Below, one piece after another: positions 1 to 13,600 of a DNA stretch of 64,000 nt. Location of the stretch: positions 75,146,001-75,210,000 of the forward strand of contig NC_087437.1 in the NCBI RefSeq assembly GCF_036321535.1, read 5' to 3'. The translations under genes and the position numbers were made by a program. The notes beneath the pieces were generated by a model, which saw only the letters and a program-made list of their open reading frames with translations, ran no database searches and was not told the DNA's origin. This stretch comes from Camelus dromedarius. Its lineage: Eukaryota. Within the stretch, counting starts at the first letter, position 1. Each line of letters opens with the position of its first letter.

Positions 1-114
1 AATGAAAAAGAATATGAAAACAAATATATGTATGTATATGTATGACTGAACTATTATGCTGTGCACCAGAAATTGACACAACATTGTAAACTGACTATAC
101 TTCAAAAAAAAAAA
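1..114 (+). mobile_element. L1 3' UTR end with poly(A) (same subfamily as 30621 and 33271 copies)
   Basis: ...ccagaaattgacaca...actgactatacttcaaaaaaaa is shared with the other copies in the window. Confidence 0.85.
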
Positions 115-739
115 GTCCTCTATAACCAATGTGAGGAGTAAAAAGCAAACACCTAAATGTTAGAAAAAATCATGGTATTTGAAATTTATTTCCCTTTGTC
201 TTAGAATTTTTATTAAGGCTAAGAAACCACAAGTTTCTGTGTGATATGGGAATCACATTCTAGAGATGTGTCAACTTCTGATAAAAACAATTGATTCCAG
301 TGATATTTAAGGCCCGTAGATCACAGGACACCATCCTCCTGCCTTGAGCTGACCTATTCAATAATCCAAAGGCATATGAAACAGGAATATTATCTTCATA
401 GTCATTAAGAAGGATTGATTCTGTCCCTTGATTATTTAAGTTTTCAATGAATTGGGTTCCCCCCTACCTCGCTGACTCTTTCCCTCTTTGATTCTGTTAC
501 CTCCCAGCCTTCCCGCAGCTCCTTCTAGCCCCCTGCCAACCCGTGCTGCGCTTGAGTCTGCTTCTTCCTCTGAGATGCACATGCACAGGCGTCAGATCAG
601 CACCTGTCTGGGTTGGCCATCAGCCATTCTTCACATGGGAAGCAGCCCCAGTCCCTCTCTATAGAGTCTAAAAATAATCTATCATTGATATTTTCTTTCT
701 ACCTAAGTAAAACGTGTTAATCATTTAAAAAATTAACTA

Positions 740-1236
740 CAAGCAAGCAAAAAGGTGACAATGAAAATCATAAATTGACATGAGACAGATTAACAGGAAA
801 ATATCAAATAAAATTACAAACATAAGGAGCCCCACAAGAAAAATGAGAACCTGGGACAAGTTAGCAGTTGAGGCTTGTATGACACTGAGAGAAGAAGGGA
901 ATGGGATATTGGGACTTCAAAGGGAAGGAAGACAATTCACATGGAGGTGGAAAAACAAATGTTTGCTGGGCCCTGCAGAGACAATGGGACACAGAGAGGA
1001 CCTTGGTCTCCAGGCCCTGCTGCGTTTCCCTTACCACTCCTAGCTTGTATTCTGGGTGGAGATCTCTGGTGACAGTGCTCTTCCTGGACCAGTTTCTTCA
1101 TCTAAATTCTTTTAGGCAGTCAAGGGGGAGGTAAAAAGAAAGTCTTCCAGAGTCTTTTGTTCTTAGAACATAATCAGCCCCAATAATCTTCATGCCAAAG
1201 TGACATATTTGGGGTGGCAAATTTTGCTCCCCTACA
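740..1236 (-). mobile_element. ERV1 solo LTR, MER34-like
   Basis: Minus strand begins TGTAGGGGAGCAAAATTTGCCACCCCAAATATGTCACTTTGGCATG, resembling the MER34 5' end. The left boundary is approximate. Confidence 0.7.
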
Positions 1237-2549
1237 TAAGCCTCCCTCCAAAAAAAATGTCACAAATACTTAGGAAGTAAAATATATTTCTTTCAGATTT
1301 ACTTCATGCATTTCTGTTGCCAATTATTTCTAGGAGGTTTTAAATTTAGTTACAATTTTATTTCACGCTAGTAGCTCATCAGTTAGAGTGGGTGTGTGTG
1401 TTTTCAAACCTTCACATTTTATCACTGGCACCTCTGATGTTGCTTCTCTACAGATTTAAGGCTGGGTACTGGAAGCAGATGGCAGGTACAGCTGCTGACA
1501 GCTGGAGTCTGGTCTCGGCAAAGCTGGTATCACAGCAACAATTCACTTCCACTGACCTGCAGGTGCTGCTCCTGCTTTGAGACAGCACTGTAGTGCAGCA
1601 GGAGGAGCATGGGCTTTTGAGTTTTCTTGTCTTTAAGATGTAGATAATAATTTCCACCTTGCAGCATGTCTGAGGACTAAATAAGATTAGGAATATTAAG
1701 TTCTGCAGCAATCTTGGAATTTAGAGTTAAAAAAAAAAAAAAGAATGTTTCCTTTCTTCTTCTTCTCCCACCTCCAGCTGATGCTCTGGTGTCTCCAACT
1801 GAGTCCCCAGCCACCTTGCTCTAGCACGATGAGGGTCAAGTTGGCACCGAGCTCAGTTACTGTATGTCTCCCATTTAGAAGAATCCTGCATTGCAAGACT
1901 ATATCCCAGGCATAGTGCTAACTGTTTGGTCGTATGGTATATAGAAAAATGAATTCAAATCTGTGTCTTGATGGATGCTTGCTCATTGAATATGCACCTA
2001 TTTATCACACGATGGCAATGACAATTTTTTCCAGAATGAAATGTGTCTGATTTACATATGTGTGGCTGATGCATGAAGTGGGTTTTATAAATCACTATGT
2101 CATCACCACCAAAAAATGCCCTCTAGCCATATTAAAAAGAGCCAGTGACAAGGAGCCTATCAAATTGAATGGAAAGGCCATAAAACCATCAGTTCATTTG
2201 ACATAAAACTGATATATTATGTGATAATGCTTCAAGTAGAACCCGGGACCCCATTCATCACACAGGCTGCTTCTCGGCGAGGTTCTGAGCTGTGTGTTAA
2301 TGAAACCGTCACATTCGACTCACACTGCAGATTGCAGTTCCCAATCAGCACTGGAAACCTACACACCAGAAAATGTCCCCATTGAAAATACGTTTCATTC
2401 ACTAATGAACATTCCTGGCAGAAATTTACATCAGGACAGAGGTCACACGGCTTCTTGGGCATACAGTGTCCTCGAGTGTGAAAGGTCAGACTAAATTCAT
2501 GGTTCTCAGTAAAAGAAGCACATAGACTTATCTGGCTGACCTATAAACA

Positions 2550-2980
2550 TGCATGGGCTGTGGGCCTCATCCAAGGGCAGGACCTGGGAACCTTCAGCTT
2601 TAAAAGATCTCTATGCGATTCTGATGCTCAGCTGGGGTTTAGTCTTTTTACTCAAAGTGTCATCCTAGGACTAAGAGCATCAGCATCCTCTGGGAGCTTA
2701 TTAGAAAAGTAGAATCACAAACCTACAGAATAAGAATCTGAATTTTAACAAGATCCCCAGTGATTTAATGCACATTAAAGCCTGAGAAGCATTAGAACAG
2801 TGTTTCACAGCCTTGGCCCCTTATTAACATCTCTTGGGAAGCTTTTAAATATCCCAATGCCCAATTGCACCACAGACTCAAGTCAGAACCTCTAGGAGCA
2901 GAACCTGGGCATCAGGTATTTTGCTGTTGTTTTTATCTCCCCAGGAGATTCTAATACAGAGCCATGCTTGAGACCCACTA
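2550..2980. mobile_element. Cluster of 2-3 adjacent MER5-type (hAT-Charlie) relics
   Basis: Typical motifs: 'catcagcatc..tgggagcttattagaaa..gaatct..attttaacaagatcccca' and 'ccaggagattctaat..gcttgagacccact'. Confidence 0.7.
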
Positions 2981-3139
2981 ACATAGAACCTCATTTACAG
3001 TTTACACCTGAGGCTTTGACTGGCGTCCTGAAAGCACGTGAAGATGGGAATGCGCAGAATCACTGGCTTAAGGAGAATCCTCAAACAACAGCAGAAAAGA
3101 GAGAGGCATTTCTTATTGAACTCCTCCTTCGGCCAGATA

Positions 3140-3300
3140 TCATTTCATCCTTTTACATATGCCTTCAAGACAACTCTATCAGGTAGGAATTGTTAAATAT
3201 TTTTGAAATGAGAAAATTCAGAGAGGTGCAGAGAGGTAAAGTGATTTGCCCAGGGTTATGTAGCTAGTGAATGGTGTTCATCCCACACCAAAGCTCAGGC
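3140..3300 (-). mobile_element. MIR SINE relic
   Basis: Core 'agagaggtaaagtgatttgcccagggttatgtagctagtgaatgg'. Confidence 0.65.
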
Positions 3301-3456
3301 TGTGTTATATTATGCTCCCCTCCCTGGGTACCGCTGCCCCCTCCTGCTGTGCCTCCTGGATAGATTCAGTTTTTCTAAGTGGGAGCAGTTTCATGGGGAA
3401 TAAGTAGAAATAGGGTGATTGCCAATTCCAGCGTCATTCTATGAGTGTCATAGAAC

Positions 3457-4072
3457 TGTCAGTGGATGTAGCCAGTGTTCCAGGTTCTCGTCCTGTCCCA
3501 GAAAGAATTCAGAGACAAGACGCGAAGGTTAAAAAAATTAAAGTGAGGATTTATTAAGTAATGGATAATACACTCGCAAGGGGAGAGTAGGCAGCCTCAG
3601 GTGAGCAGCTGCCCTGAGTTTCTTTGGCAAGTTGGTTACATAGGTTGTAAAAATAAATGGGCGGAATATTCATTGGGGAGGGAAGGGTTTGGGGTCGTAT
3701 TCCCTGATTTTCACCCCAACTCCACCTTCCCAAAGGGCAGGGGGTTTTGTCTTTATTTGGTCTGGATTGGAAGTGTCATGGTATCGGTGCATGATGGGTA
3801 CTTCTAATCTGCAAGGCTAACTTTATTGTAAAGAGGGCATAATGAGGAAAAGGTTACATTCGAACACTGGAGATTCCTGCCATTTTCCACCGTTCTTTGT
3901 TGGCTCCTGGGCTGCTTATCAGCCCCAAAGTTGCAATCACTCATCAGCACAGCGGTTCCTGCTTTTCTTTCTCTACCCTGGGAACCCTGGTGCTTACATG
4001 ATGTATGGTTTCCTGCATTTGCCCTGCATCCGCCTTTCTCTGCTCATATCTAGCTATCTGCCTGCTCTAACA
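3457..4072 (-). mobile_element. Relatively young ERV solo LTR (616 bp)
   Basis: TG...CA termini (minus strand TGTTAGAGCAGG...CCACTGACA), AATAAA about 95 nt from its 3' end, higher GC and retained CpGs. Confidence 0.75.
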
Positions 4073-4269
4073 AAGGGACTGTGGGGAAAGATCCAAAATC
4101 GAAACTTTTTAAGGATAAAATCAGTAGAAAACTAGAGGAGCCCAGATCCACCCAGCTCCTGGGTAGGACCTTATCTGACTTGTCTTTACTCCAGTTGACT
4201 CATGCAGCCTCCTTAGGAGGTAATGACCACACTGCTATGTGAAATCTAGTACTCACCTTAAAAAAAGAA

Positions 4270-5365
4270 AAAAGCTTAACTGAGGTATAATTGACATACA
4301 GTAAGCCACACATATATAAAGCATACAATTTGATAAGTACTGGTAAGTGTACGTACTCATGAAACCATCACCACAGTCAGATAATGATCATATCTGCCAC
4401 CCCTCAAATTTTTCTTTGTGCTTCTTTGTAATAACCCCTTCCTGTTCCTCCCTACTCCCTGTCAATGTAAATAAGTTTCCATTTTCTAGAATTTTATACA
4501 AATGGAATCATATCATATATATTACATTTTTGTCTGGCTTTTTTCAATTGGCATAATTATTTTGAGATCAACCAAACTGTTGTAGGTATCAAATGTTTAT
4601 TCTTTTTATTTTTCATCCATTTACATGGTGAGTGGTTGTGATAATAAGAAATATATATTTAGTCTTTGTCTCTAGGTCCTGACATAGAACCCCTAAAACC
4701 CTTGGAATTCTCTGAGTGATAAGATCTTTGGTATGCTAATGAGACAATTGTTGGCTGAAGGGCCCCTCGATAGCTTTAGGTTGGTGGCTGGTTGCCAGAA
4801 AGACCAAGGCATGTTGGAATTTTCAATGCCCAGACCCCATTTCTTCAGGGATGGGAAATGGATGGAGATTGAATTACTGATAGCCACTGATTTAATCAAT
4901 CATGCCTACATAATGGGACCTACATAAAATCCCCTAAATAACGGGTTCAGAGAGCTTCCAAGTTGGTGAACACATCAGAGGGTAACACACACAGAAAGGA
5001 CATAGAAGCTCCTTGCTCCTCCTCCGTACCTATTCATCTCTTCCCTTTAGCTGTTCCTGAGTTGGATTGCTTATAACAAACTGGTAATAATAGTAAGGAA
5101 AGAGCTTTCCTGAATTCTGTGCACCATCCTAGCAAATTATTGACCCTGAAGAAGGAGTCATGGAAACCCCAGATTTATAGTCAGTGAGAAATATGGGAGT
5201 CCTGGGACTTGTGATTGGCATGAGGTGGGTGCAGTCATGTGGGTCTGAGCCCTTAATCTATGAGGTCTGTGCTAACTCCAGGTAGTTCGTGTCAGAATTG
5301 AACTGAATGGTTGGACACCCAGTAGGTGTCTGGAGAGTTGAAGAACTGATTGTTGGTGTAGAGAA

Positions 5366-5396
<31 letters not shown>

Positions 5397-7882
5397 TACA
5401 TACATACATTTTGTGTCAGAAGTGATGTGAGTAAAAACAGCTCAGGGGGTGTTTGGGTTACTTTCAGTTTAGGGGTAACACAAATATAGAACTTCTATTC
5501 ATGTACAAGCCTTCCATTCCTCTTGGATAAATACCTAGAAGTGGAATGGCTGGGTCATATAGAAGGTATATTAAACTTCATAAGAAAATTTCAAACAAAA
5601 TTTTTTTCCTGAAAGCAGCATCTGAGAGTTCTGTATGCTCCACATACCTACCAACACTTGGTGTGTTTAATCTTTTTAATTTTAGATATTTTCATAAATG
5701 TACAGTGGCATCTCATTGTAGTTTTAATTTGTATTTTCCAGATGACTAGTAATATTGAGCATCTTTTTGTATATTCATTTGGACTGTGTATGCATATACA
5801 TATATATCTGTTCTAATTTGTTGCCCAATTTTATGGAATTGTTTGTCTTTCTGTTACTGTGTATGTACTGGATAAATGTAATTTATGTGATTTGAAAATA
5901 CTTTTCCCCATCTGTGGCTTGCCTTTTTATTCTCTTAACAGCATCTTTTGAAGAGTAGTTGTTACTTTCAGATGAAGTCCAATTTATCAGTTTCTCCTTT
6001 TGTGGATTGCCTTATCTTAAGAACACTTTGCCTAACCCAAGGACACAAAACATTTCTTCCACATTTTCTTCTAGAAGTTTTATAGTTTAAAATTATACAT
6101 TGAGATCTATGGCCCAATGTAAGATGCAAGGCATGGATCAAAGCTTATTTTTCTATTTGGATATTTTAATTGTTCCAGTACCACTTGTTGAAAACACTAA
6201 CGTTTTCCACTGATTGCCTTTAAATTTTGGCAAAGACCAGTTGTTCATGTATGTAAGGGTTTAATCTCTGGATTCTATTCTGTTCCCACTGATGTATTCT
6301 TCTTTCTTGACATACTACCTTACTGTCTTGATTACTATAATTTTAAAATTAGTGTAGACTTCAGGTAGTGAAAATTATCCAGCTTTGTTCTTCTTCAATG
6401 TTGTTTTGCCTATGCTAGGTCCTTTGGCTTTCCAAATGAAATTTACAACTAGTTTGTAAATGTCTACCAAAAAAAAAGTCTGTTTGGATTTTAATGGGGA
6501 TTGTGTTGAATTTATACATCAACTTGGGGAGAAGTGAGACCTTAACAATACTGAGTGTTCCAATCCATGAAGATGGTAGTTCTCTTTGCATATTTAGGTC
6601 TTCTTAATTTCTCTCAGCAGTGCATTTAGTTTTAATTGTCAAAGTCTTGCACATCTTTTGTCAGATTTACTACTAAGTATTTTATATATTTTGATGTCAT
6701 TGTAAATATATTTTTTCAATTTCTAATTTTATTGCTATTGTATAGAAATATAATAGATTTTTGTATGTTTATCTTGTATCCCACGAACCTGCTCAACTCA
6801 ATAGTTTATTTGCAGATTCCTTCAGATTTTCTACAAAGACAATAATGTCATCTGTGTACAAAGAGGGTTTTACTTCTACCTTTCCAAGATGCTGCTGCTC
6901 CTCCTCCTCCTTCTGCTTTGTTTCACTCACTAGAACATTCAATACAATGTTGAATAGAAGTTATGACATCCTTGCCTTGTTCCAGAACATAGTGGAAAAA
7001 CATTTAGTCTTTCACCACTTGGTGTTAACTGTAGGGTTTTTTAATAGATGATTTTTATCAGATTCAGTAAGTTTTCTTCTACTTCTAGTTGTTGAGTGTT
7101 TTTATCAAGAATGGATGTTGGCTTTTGTCAAATGCTTTTTCTGCAGTGGGATGATCATATGGGTTTTCTTCTTATCTGTTAATAGGATGAATTACACTGA
7201 TTTTAAAATGCTAACTCAACATTGCATTCCTGGGATAAACCCCATTTGGTCATGATGCATTACCCTTTTTATATATTGTTGCATTACATTTCTTAAAATG
7301 TTAACTTTTGCATCTATATTCATGAGGGACATTGGTCTATAATTTTCTTGAAGTGCCTTTATCTGGCTTTGGTATCAGAATGATTCTCACCTCACAGGAT
7401 AAATTCAGAAGGGTTCACTCTTCAATTTTCTGGAATAGTTTGTGTATAAATGGTATTATTTCTTCTTAAATATTTAATAGAATTCCCAAGTGAAGTCACA
7501 CAGGCCTGGAGTTCTCTTGGTGGAAAAAAATTTTAACTATAAATTTAATATTTAAAAATAGATATAGGGCTATTCAGGTGATATATTCTTTTCTTGAGTA
7601 AGTTTTGTTGTTTTGCCTTTTGAGAAATGTGTCCACTTCATCTAAGTTGTTGAATTTATTAGCATAAATTTGTTCCTATTATTCTCTTATTATTGATTAA
7701 TATCTGTAGAAACTATAGTGATGTTACCTCTTTCATTCCTGATATTGATAATCTGTCTTCTCTTTATTTTTCTGATCACTCTGGCTAGAGTTTTATCAAT
7801 TTTATTGATCTTCTTAAAGAAATAGCTTCAAGCTTTATTGATTTTTCTTTGTGGTTTTCCTTTTCATTGATTTCCATTGTAA
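4270..7882 (-). mobile_element. Old L1 (L1M-type 3' UTR + ORF2 remnant) interrupted by an LTR
   Basis: Antisense L1 3' end 'aactgaggtataattgacatac' and degenerate ORF2 sequence throughout. Confidence 0.85.
4626..5440 (+). mobile_element. MER21-like solo LTR nested in L1, containing a (CA)n tract at about 5367-5410
   Basis: 'tgtgataataagaaatatatattt..cctaaaacccttggaatt..gagtgata' start and 'gtgtcagaagtg..gagtaaaaaca' end. Confidence 0.75.
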
Positions 7883-10560
7883 TTTTTTATTGACATATAG
7901 TTGATTTACAATATCATGTTAGTTTCAGGTATACAGCATAGTGATTCAGTATTTTTGCAGATTATACTTCATTATAGGTTATTACATGATAATGAGTATA
8001 ATTCTCTGTGCTGTACACTGTATCTTGTTGTCTATCTATTTTATATATAGTAGTTTATATCTGTTAATCCCATACCTTCAAATTTTTTCTCTTCCCTTCC
8101 CTCTCCCCTTTGGTAATCAGAAATTTGTTTTCTGTATCTGTGAGTCTGTTTCTATTTTGCATACACATTCATTTGTATTATTTTTTAGATTCCACATGTA
8201 AGTGATATATAGTGTTTTTCTTTCTCTGACTTATTTCACTAAGCATAATGTTATTTAGGCCCATCAATGTTGCTGCAAATGGCAGTATTTCATACTTTTT
8301 ATGACTGAATAATATACAATTGTGTATGTGTGTGTGTGTGTGTGTACCACATCATCTTAATCCAATCATCTGTTGATGGGCACTTGGTTTGCTTCCATGT
8401 CTTGGCTATTGTAAATAGTGCTGCTATGAACACTGGGGTGCTTTTATCTTTTCAAATGAGGGATTTTGCTTTTTCTGGATATATACCCAGCAGTGGAATT
8501 GCTGGATCATATGGTAGTTCTATTTTTATTTTTAAAGGAGTTTCCATACTGTTTTCCATAAAGGCTACACCTATTTATGTTCTCATCAGCAATGTATGAG
8601 GGTTCCCATTCCTCCACATCATTTGTTATTTGTAGATTTTTTGATGATAGCTATTCTGACAGATGTGAGGTGATACCTCATTGTGGTTTTGATTTGTATT
8701 TCTTTAATAATTAGCCATGTTGAGCAACTTTTCATATGCTTGTTAGCCATCTTTATGTCTTCTTTATGTCACTTTAGTTTCTACAGACATTGGGCTGTTT
8801 GAATTTTTTTGATGTTGAGTTGTATGAGTTGTTTGTATGTTTTATAAATTAACCCCTTGTCAGTTGTATCACTTGTAAATATTTTCTCCCATTCTGTATG
8901 TTGTCTTTTTGTTTTGTTTATGGTTTCTTTTACTGTGCAAAAGCTTTCACACTTAATTACACCCAATTTGTTTATTTTTGCATTTGCTTCTTTTGCCTTG
9001 GGAGACTGATCCAAGAAAATATTGCTACGATTTATGTCAAAGAGGGCTTTGCCTATGTTCTCTTCTAGGAGTTTTATGATTTATGGTCTTACATTTAGGA
9101 CTTGAAACCATTTTGAGTTTATTTTTCTATATGGTGTGAGGGAATGTTCTAATCTCATTGTTTCACATGCAGCTGTCCAGTTTTCCCTGCACCACTTGTT
9201 GGAATGACTATCTTCTCTCTATTGTGTATTCTTGCTTCCTTTGTCATAGTTGAATTGACCAGAGGTGCATGGGTTTATTTCTAGGCTCTCTATTCTGTTC
9301 CATTGATCTATGTGTCTGTTTTTTTTTTTTGTCAGTACCATGCTGTTTTGATTATTGTAGCTTTGTAGTATAATCTGAAGTCTGAAAGGGTTGTACCTCC
9401 AGCTTTGTTCTGTTTTCTCAGGATTCCTTGGCAATTCAGGATCTTTTCTGGTTCTATATGAATTTTAGGCTTACTTGTTCTAGTTCTGTGGGAAATGTCC
9501 TGGGTATTTTGATAGGGATTGCATTAAATCTATAGGTTGCTTTGGGTAATATGGCCATTTTAATAATATTAATTCTTCCAATGTGATATCGTGGGCTGCC
9601 TTTCCATTACTTTGATTTATCTCTAATTTCGTCAATGTTCTATAGGTTTTGGCATATAGGTCTTTCACCTCCTTGGTTAAGCTTATTCCTAGGAATTTTT
9701 TTTTTTTTTTTACTTTATGTTTCTAATATTTCATTAGTGTAGAGAAATGTGAGAGATTACTGTCTATTAATCTTGTATCCTGAAATATTGCTGAATTCAT
9801 TTATTACTTCCAATAGTTTTGTGGTGGAGACTTTATGGATCTTTATAGAGTATCATGTCATCTAAAAACAGTTACAGTTTTGGGTCTTCTCTTTCAATTT
9901 GGATATCTTTATTTCTTTTTCTTGTCTGATTGCTGGGGCTAGAACTTCCAATACTGTGTTAAATACAAGCAGTAAGCATGGGCATCCTTGTCTTGTTCCT
10001 GAACTTAGTGAAAAGGCTTTCAACTTTTCACTGTTGTGTATTATGTTGGCTATGGGTTTGTTGTAAATGGCCTCTATTACATTGAGATATGTTCCCTCTA
10101 TATTTATTTGATGAGAGTTTTTATCATAAATGGATGTTGAATTTTGTCAAATGTTTTTTTCTGCATCTATTGAGGTAATCATGTGATTTTCATCTTTCCT
10201 TTTGTTAATGTATCACATTTTTTATTTGCATGGGTTGAATCATCCTTGTGACCCTGGAATTAATCCAACTTGATCATGGTATTTGATTCTTTTTATATAT
10301 TGTTGGATTTGGTTTGCTAATATTTTGTTGAGGATTTTTACATTTATATTCTTCAAGGATATTGGCCTGTATATTTTTTGGTAGTGTCTTTGTTTGGTCT
10401 TAGTATCAGGGTAATGGTGGCTTCATAGAATGACTTTGGGAGCATTCCTTTCTTTTCTATATTTTGGAATCATTTGAGAAGGATTGGTATAAGTTCTTCT
10501 TTGTATGATTGGCAGAATTTTCCAGTGAAGCCATTTAGTCCTGGACTTTGTTTTCAGGGA

Positions 10561-10621
<61 letters not shown>

Positions 10622-13600
10622 ACAGATTGTACTTCATTTCTAGTAATCATTCTGTTCAAATTATCTGTTTCTTCTTGATTCAGTTTTGGTGGGTTATATG
10701 TTTCTAGAAACTTGTCCATTTCTTCTAGGTTGTCCAATTTGTTGCCATATAATTGTTCATAGTATTCTTATGGTTTTTTGTATTTCTGCAGTATCAGTTG
10801 TTATTTCTCCTCTTTCATTTCTTATTTTGTTTATTTGGGTCCTCTCTGATTTCTTCTTGGTAAACCTGGCCAGATGCTTGTCAATTTTGTTTATCCTTTC
10901 AAAAAAAACCCAGCTGTTGGTTTTATTGATTTTTTCTTTTTGAATCTCTATGTTACTTATTTCCTCTTTGATCTTTATTATTTCCTTCCTTGTGCTGATT
11001 TTAGGTTTGTATTTTTTTTCTTAATTCTTTTAGATGGTATGTTAGGTTAGTTTATTTGAGACTTCTCTTGTTTTTTTGAGGAGGGCCTGTATTGCTATGA
11101 ACTTCCTTTTTAGGACTGCCTTTGCTGCATCCCATAGATTTTGTATGGTTGTGTTATCATTGTGATTTGTCCAAATTTTTTTAAATTTTTTTTTAATTTC
11201 CTCTTTGATTTCATCATTGATGCATTGATTTTTTTAGTAGTATGCTGTTTAGTCTCCATGTAGTCTTTTTTTTTTTTTTTCTCCTCATTTCTCTTTCTGT
11301 CATTGATTTCCAGTTTCATGCCTTTGTGGTCAGAAAATATGTTTGAAATAATTTCTGTCCTCTTAAATTTGTTGAGGCTTGTTTTGTGTCATAGTGTGTG
11401 GTCAATCCTAGAGAATTTTCCATGTATGCTTGAGAAGAATGTGTATTCTGTTTTTTGAGGATTTAATGTCTTGAAAATATTAAGTCTAACCATTCTATTA
11501 TGTCATTTAGGATCTCTGTTACCTTACTGATTTTCTATCTGGAAAATCTGTCCATTGATGTCAGTGGGTGTTAAAGTCTCACACTATTATTGTATTCCTG
11601 TCAACTTCTCCTTTTATGTTGTTAATACTTGTTTTATATATTTAGGTTTTCCTACATTGGATTCATGTATGTTAACAAATATAATATCTTCTCCTTAAAA
11701 AAAAATCTTCTTGTATTAATCCTTTTATCATTATATGGTGTCCTTCTATCATTATATAGTATATTTTACGTTTCTTTATGACATTTGTTTTAAAGTCTAT
11801 TTTGTCTGATATGGGTATTGCTACACCTGCTTTTTTGTCATTTCCATTTGCATGAAATATCTCTTTCCATCCCTTCACTTTCAATCTATGTGTGTCCTTC
11901 ACTCTAAAGTGAGTCTCTTGTAGGCAGTATATTGTAGGCTCTTCATTTTTTTAAAAATCCAATCAGCCACTCCTATCTTTTGATCAGAGTATTTAGTTCA
12001 TTGACATTTAGAGTAATTACTGATGGGTATGTTCTTACTGCCATTTTATTCCTTCTTTTCCAGGTGTTTTTGTAGTTCTTGTTAGTTTATTCTTTTTGTT
12101 TTTCTTGTTGTGGTTTGATAATTTTCTTTTGTAGTATGCTGAGTTCCTTTCTTTTGGTTTTTGTGTATCAGATTTTTGATTTGTGGTTACCATGGGGTCC
12201 ATATATGTTGACTCATAATTATATATATTTGCTTTAAACTGATAATCATTTAAATTCAAACATATTCTAAAAGATTTAGATCATTTTTACTCTCTTCCCT
12301 TATCTTTTGTGTTTTTGATGTCATATTTTACATTTTCATGCTATCCTTTTACTGTTTTTGTAGTTATACATATTTTTTGTTTTGTTTTTTAATCTATATA
12401 CTCACTTATTCAAATCATCTTCAGCCCTTACTATATATTTGCCTTCCCTATGGGAACTTTCCCTTTCCTGCAAATTCTTTTCTGTTTAGAGTAGACTTTC
12501 TACATTTCTTTTAGAGTAGTTTTGATGTTGCTGAATTCTTTTAGTTTTTGTTTGAGAAATTTTTCTCTCTCCTTCTATTCTTTTTTCTCTCCTATTCTAA
12601 ATGATAATTTTACTGGGTAGAGTATCCTAGGTGGAAGGTTTTTCCCTTTCAGCACTTTGAATGTATCATGCCACTCCCTTTTGGCCTGTAAATTTTCTGC
12701 AGAGAAAACACCTGATAGACTTGTGGGGGTTCCATTGCTTATGAATCTTCATCCTTCTCTTGTTGCCTTTAGAACTCTCTATTGTTAAATTTATCATTTT
12801 CATTATTATATGTCTTGGTGTTGGTGTGTTTGGGTTCATCTTGTTTGGAACCCTCCATGCTTCCTGTACCTGGATATCTGTTTTCTTCTCTAGGTTTGTG
12901 AAGTATCAGGCATAATTTCTTCAAATACATTTTTGACCCCTTTCTCTCTTCTCCTTCTAGAACCCCTATAATGCAATGTTGGCATGTTTTATATTATCAC
13001 ATGTATCTCATATTCATTGCTTTCATTTTCCCCCCATGTCTTTCTGTCCGTTGTTCTGATTGGGTGATTTCCATTATTCTATTTTCCAGATCACTTATGT
13101 GTTCTTCTGTGTCATTTAGTCTGTTCATTGCTTCTAGAGTGCTTTTTATCTCAGAAATTAAGTTGTTTATTTTTGATTTGGTCTTCTTTATAGTTTCTAG
13201 TTCTTTGTTAAAATGATTTGTCCTTAGATTGATTTTCTTACTTAATTCAGTTAGCACTTTTATTGCCAATTTTTTGAACTCATTGTCTGGTAGACAGAGT
13301 ATCTCTGTTTCATTATTTTTTCAGGTCTTTTCCCTTGCTCTTTCAATTGGGAACAGTTCCTGTTTTTTCATTTTAATTAACTTTCTGTCTCTATGAATTT
13401 AGGTGAAACAGTTTGCTATTGTGATCTTGAAGGAATGTTTTTATGTGAGAGTGTCCCTGTGGAGACTGTGTGTGCCCAGTCTTTTGTATGAGAGCTGGAT
13501 TTGATGTGGATGCCAGCCAGACCTTTCCTCAGGGTGTTCTGGCTACTATCATTTTGATAGGAGCTGCGGCTGGTGTTGGAGGACCTAGAGCCTTCACAGG

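Noticed and set aside
115..140. Slight similarity (gtc...tgtgagg) to the 21-nt tag at 30838
   Set aside because: The match is too short and gapped to infer a source-daughter relationship.
1392..2494. RETNLB (resistin-like) exons expected from synteny; Cys-containing short ORFs
   Set aside because: No signal peptide or resistin cysteine pattern (CxCGxxCGSW..CHCQC) in the listed translations.
10423..10737. Poly-Ile and poly-Asp ORFs
   Set aside because: Translations of the (GAT)20 microsatellite inside a dead L1.
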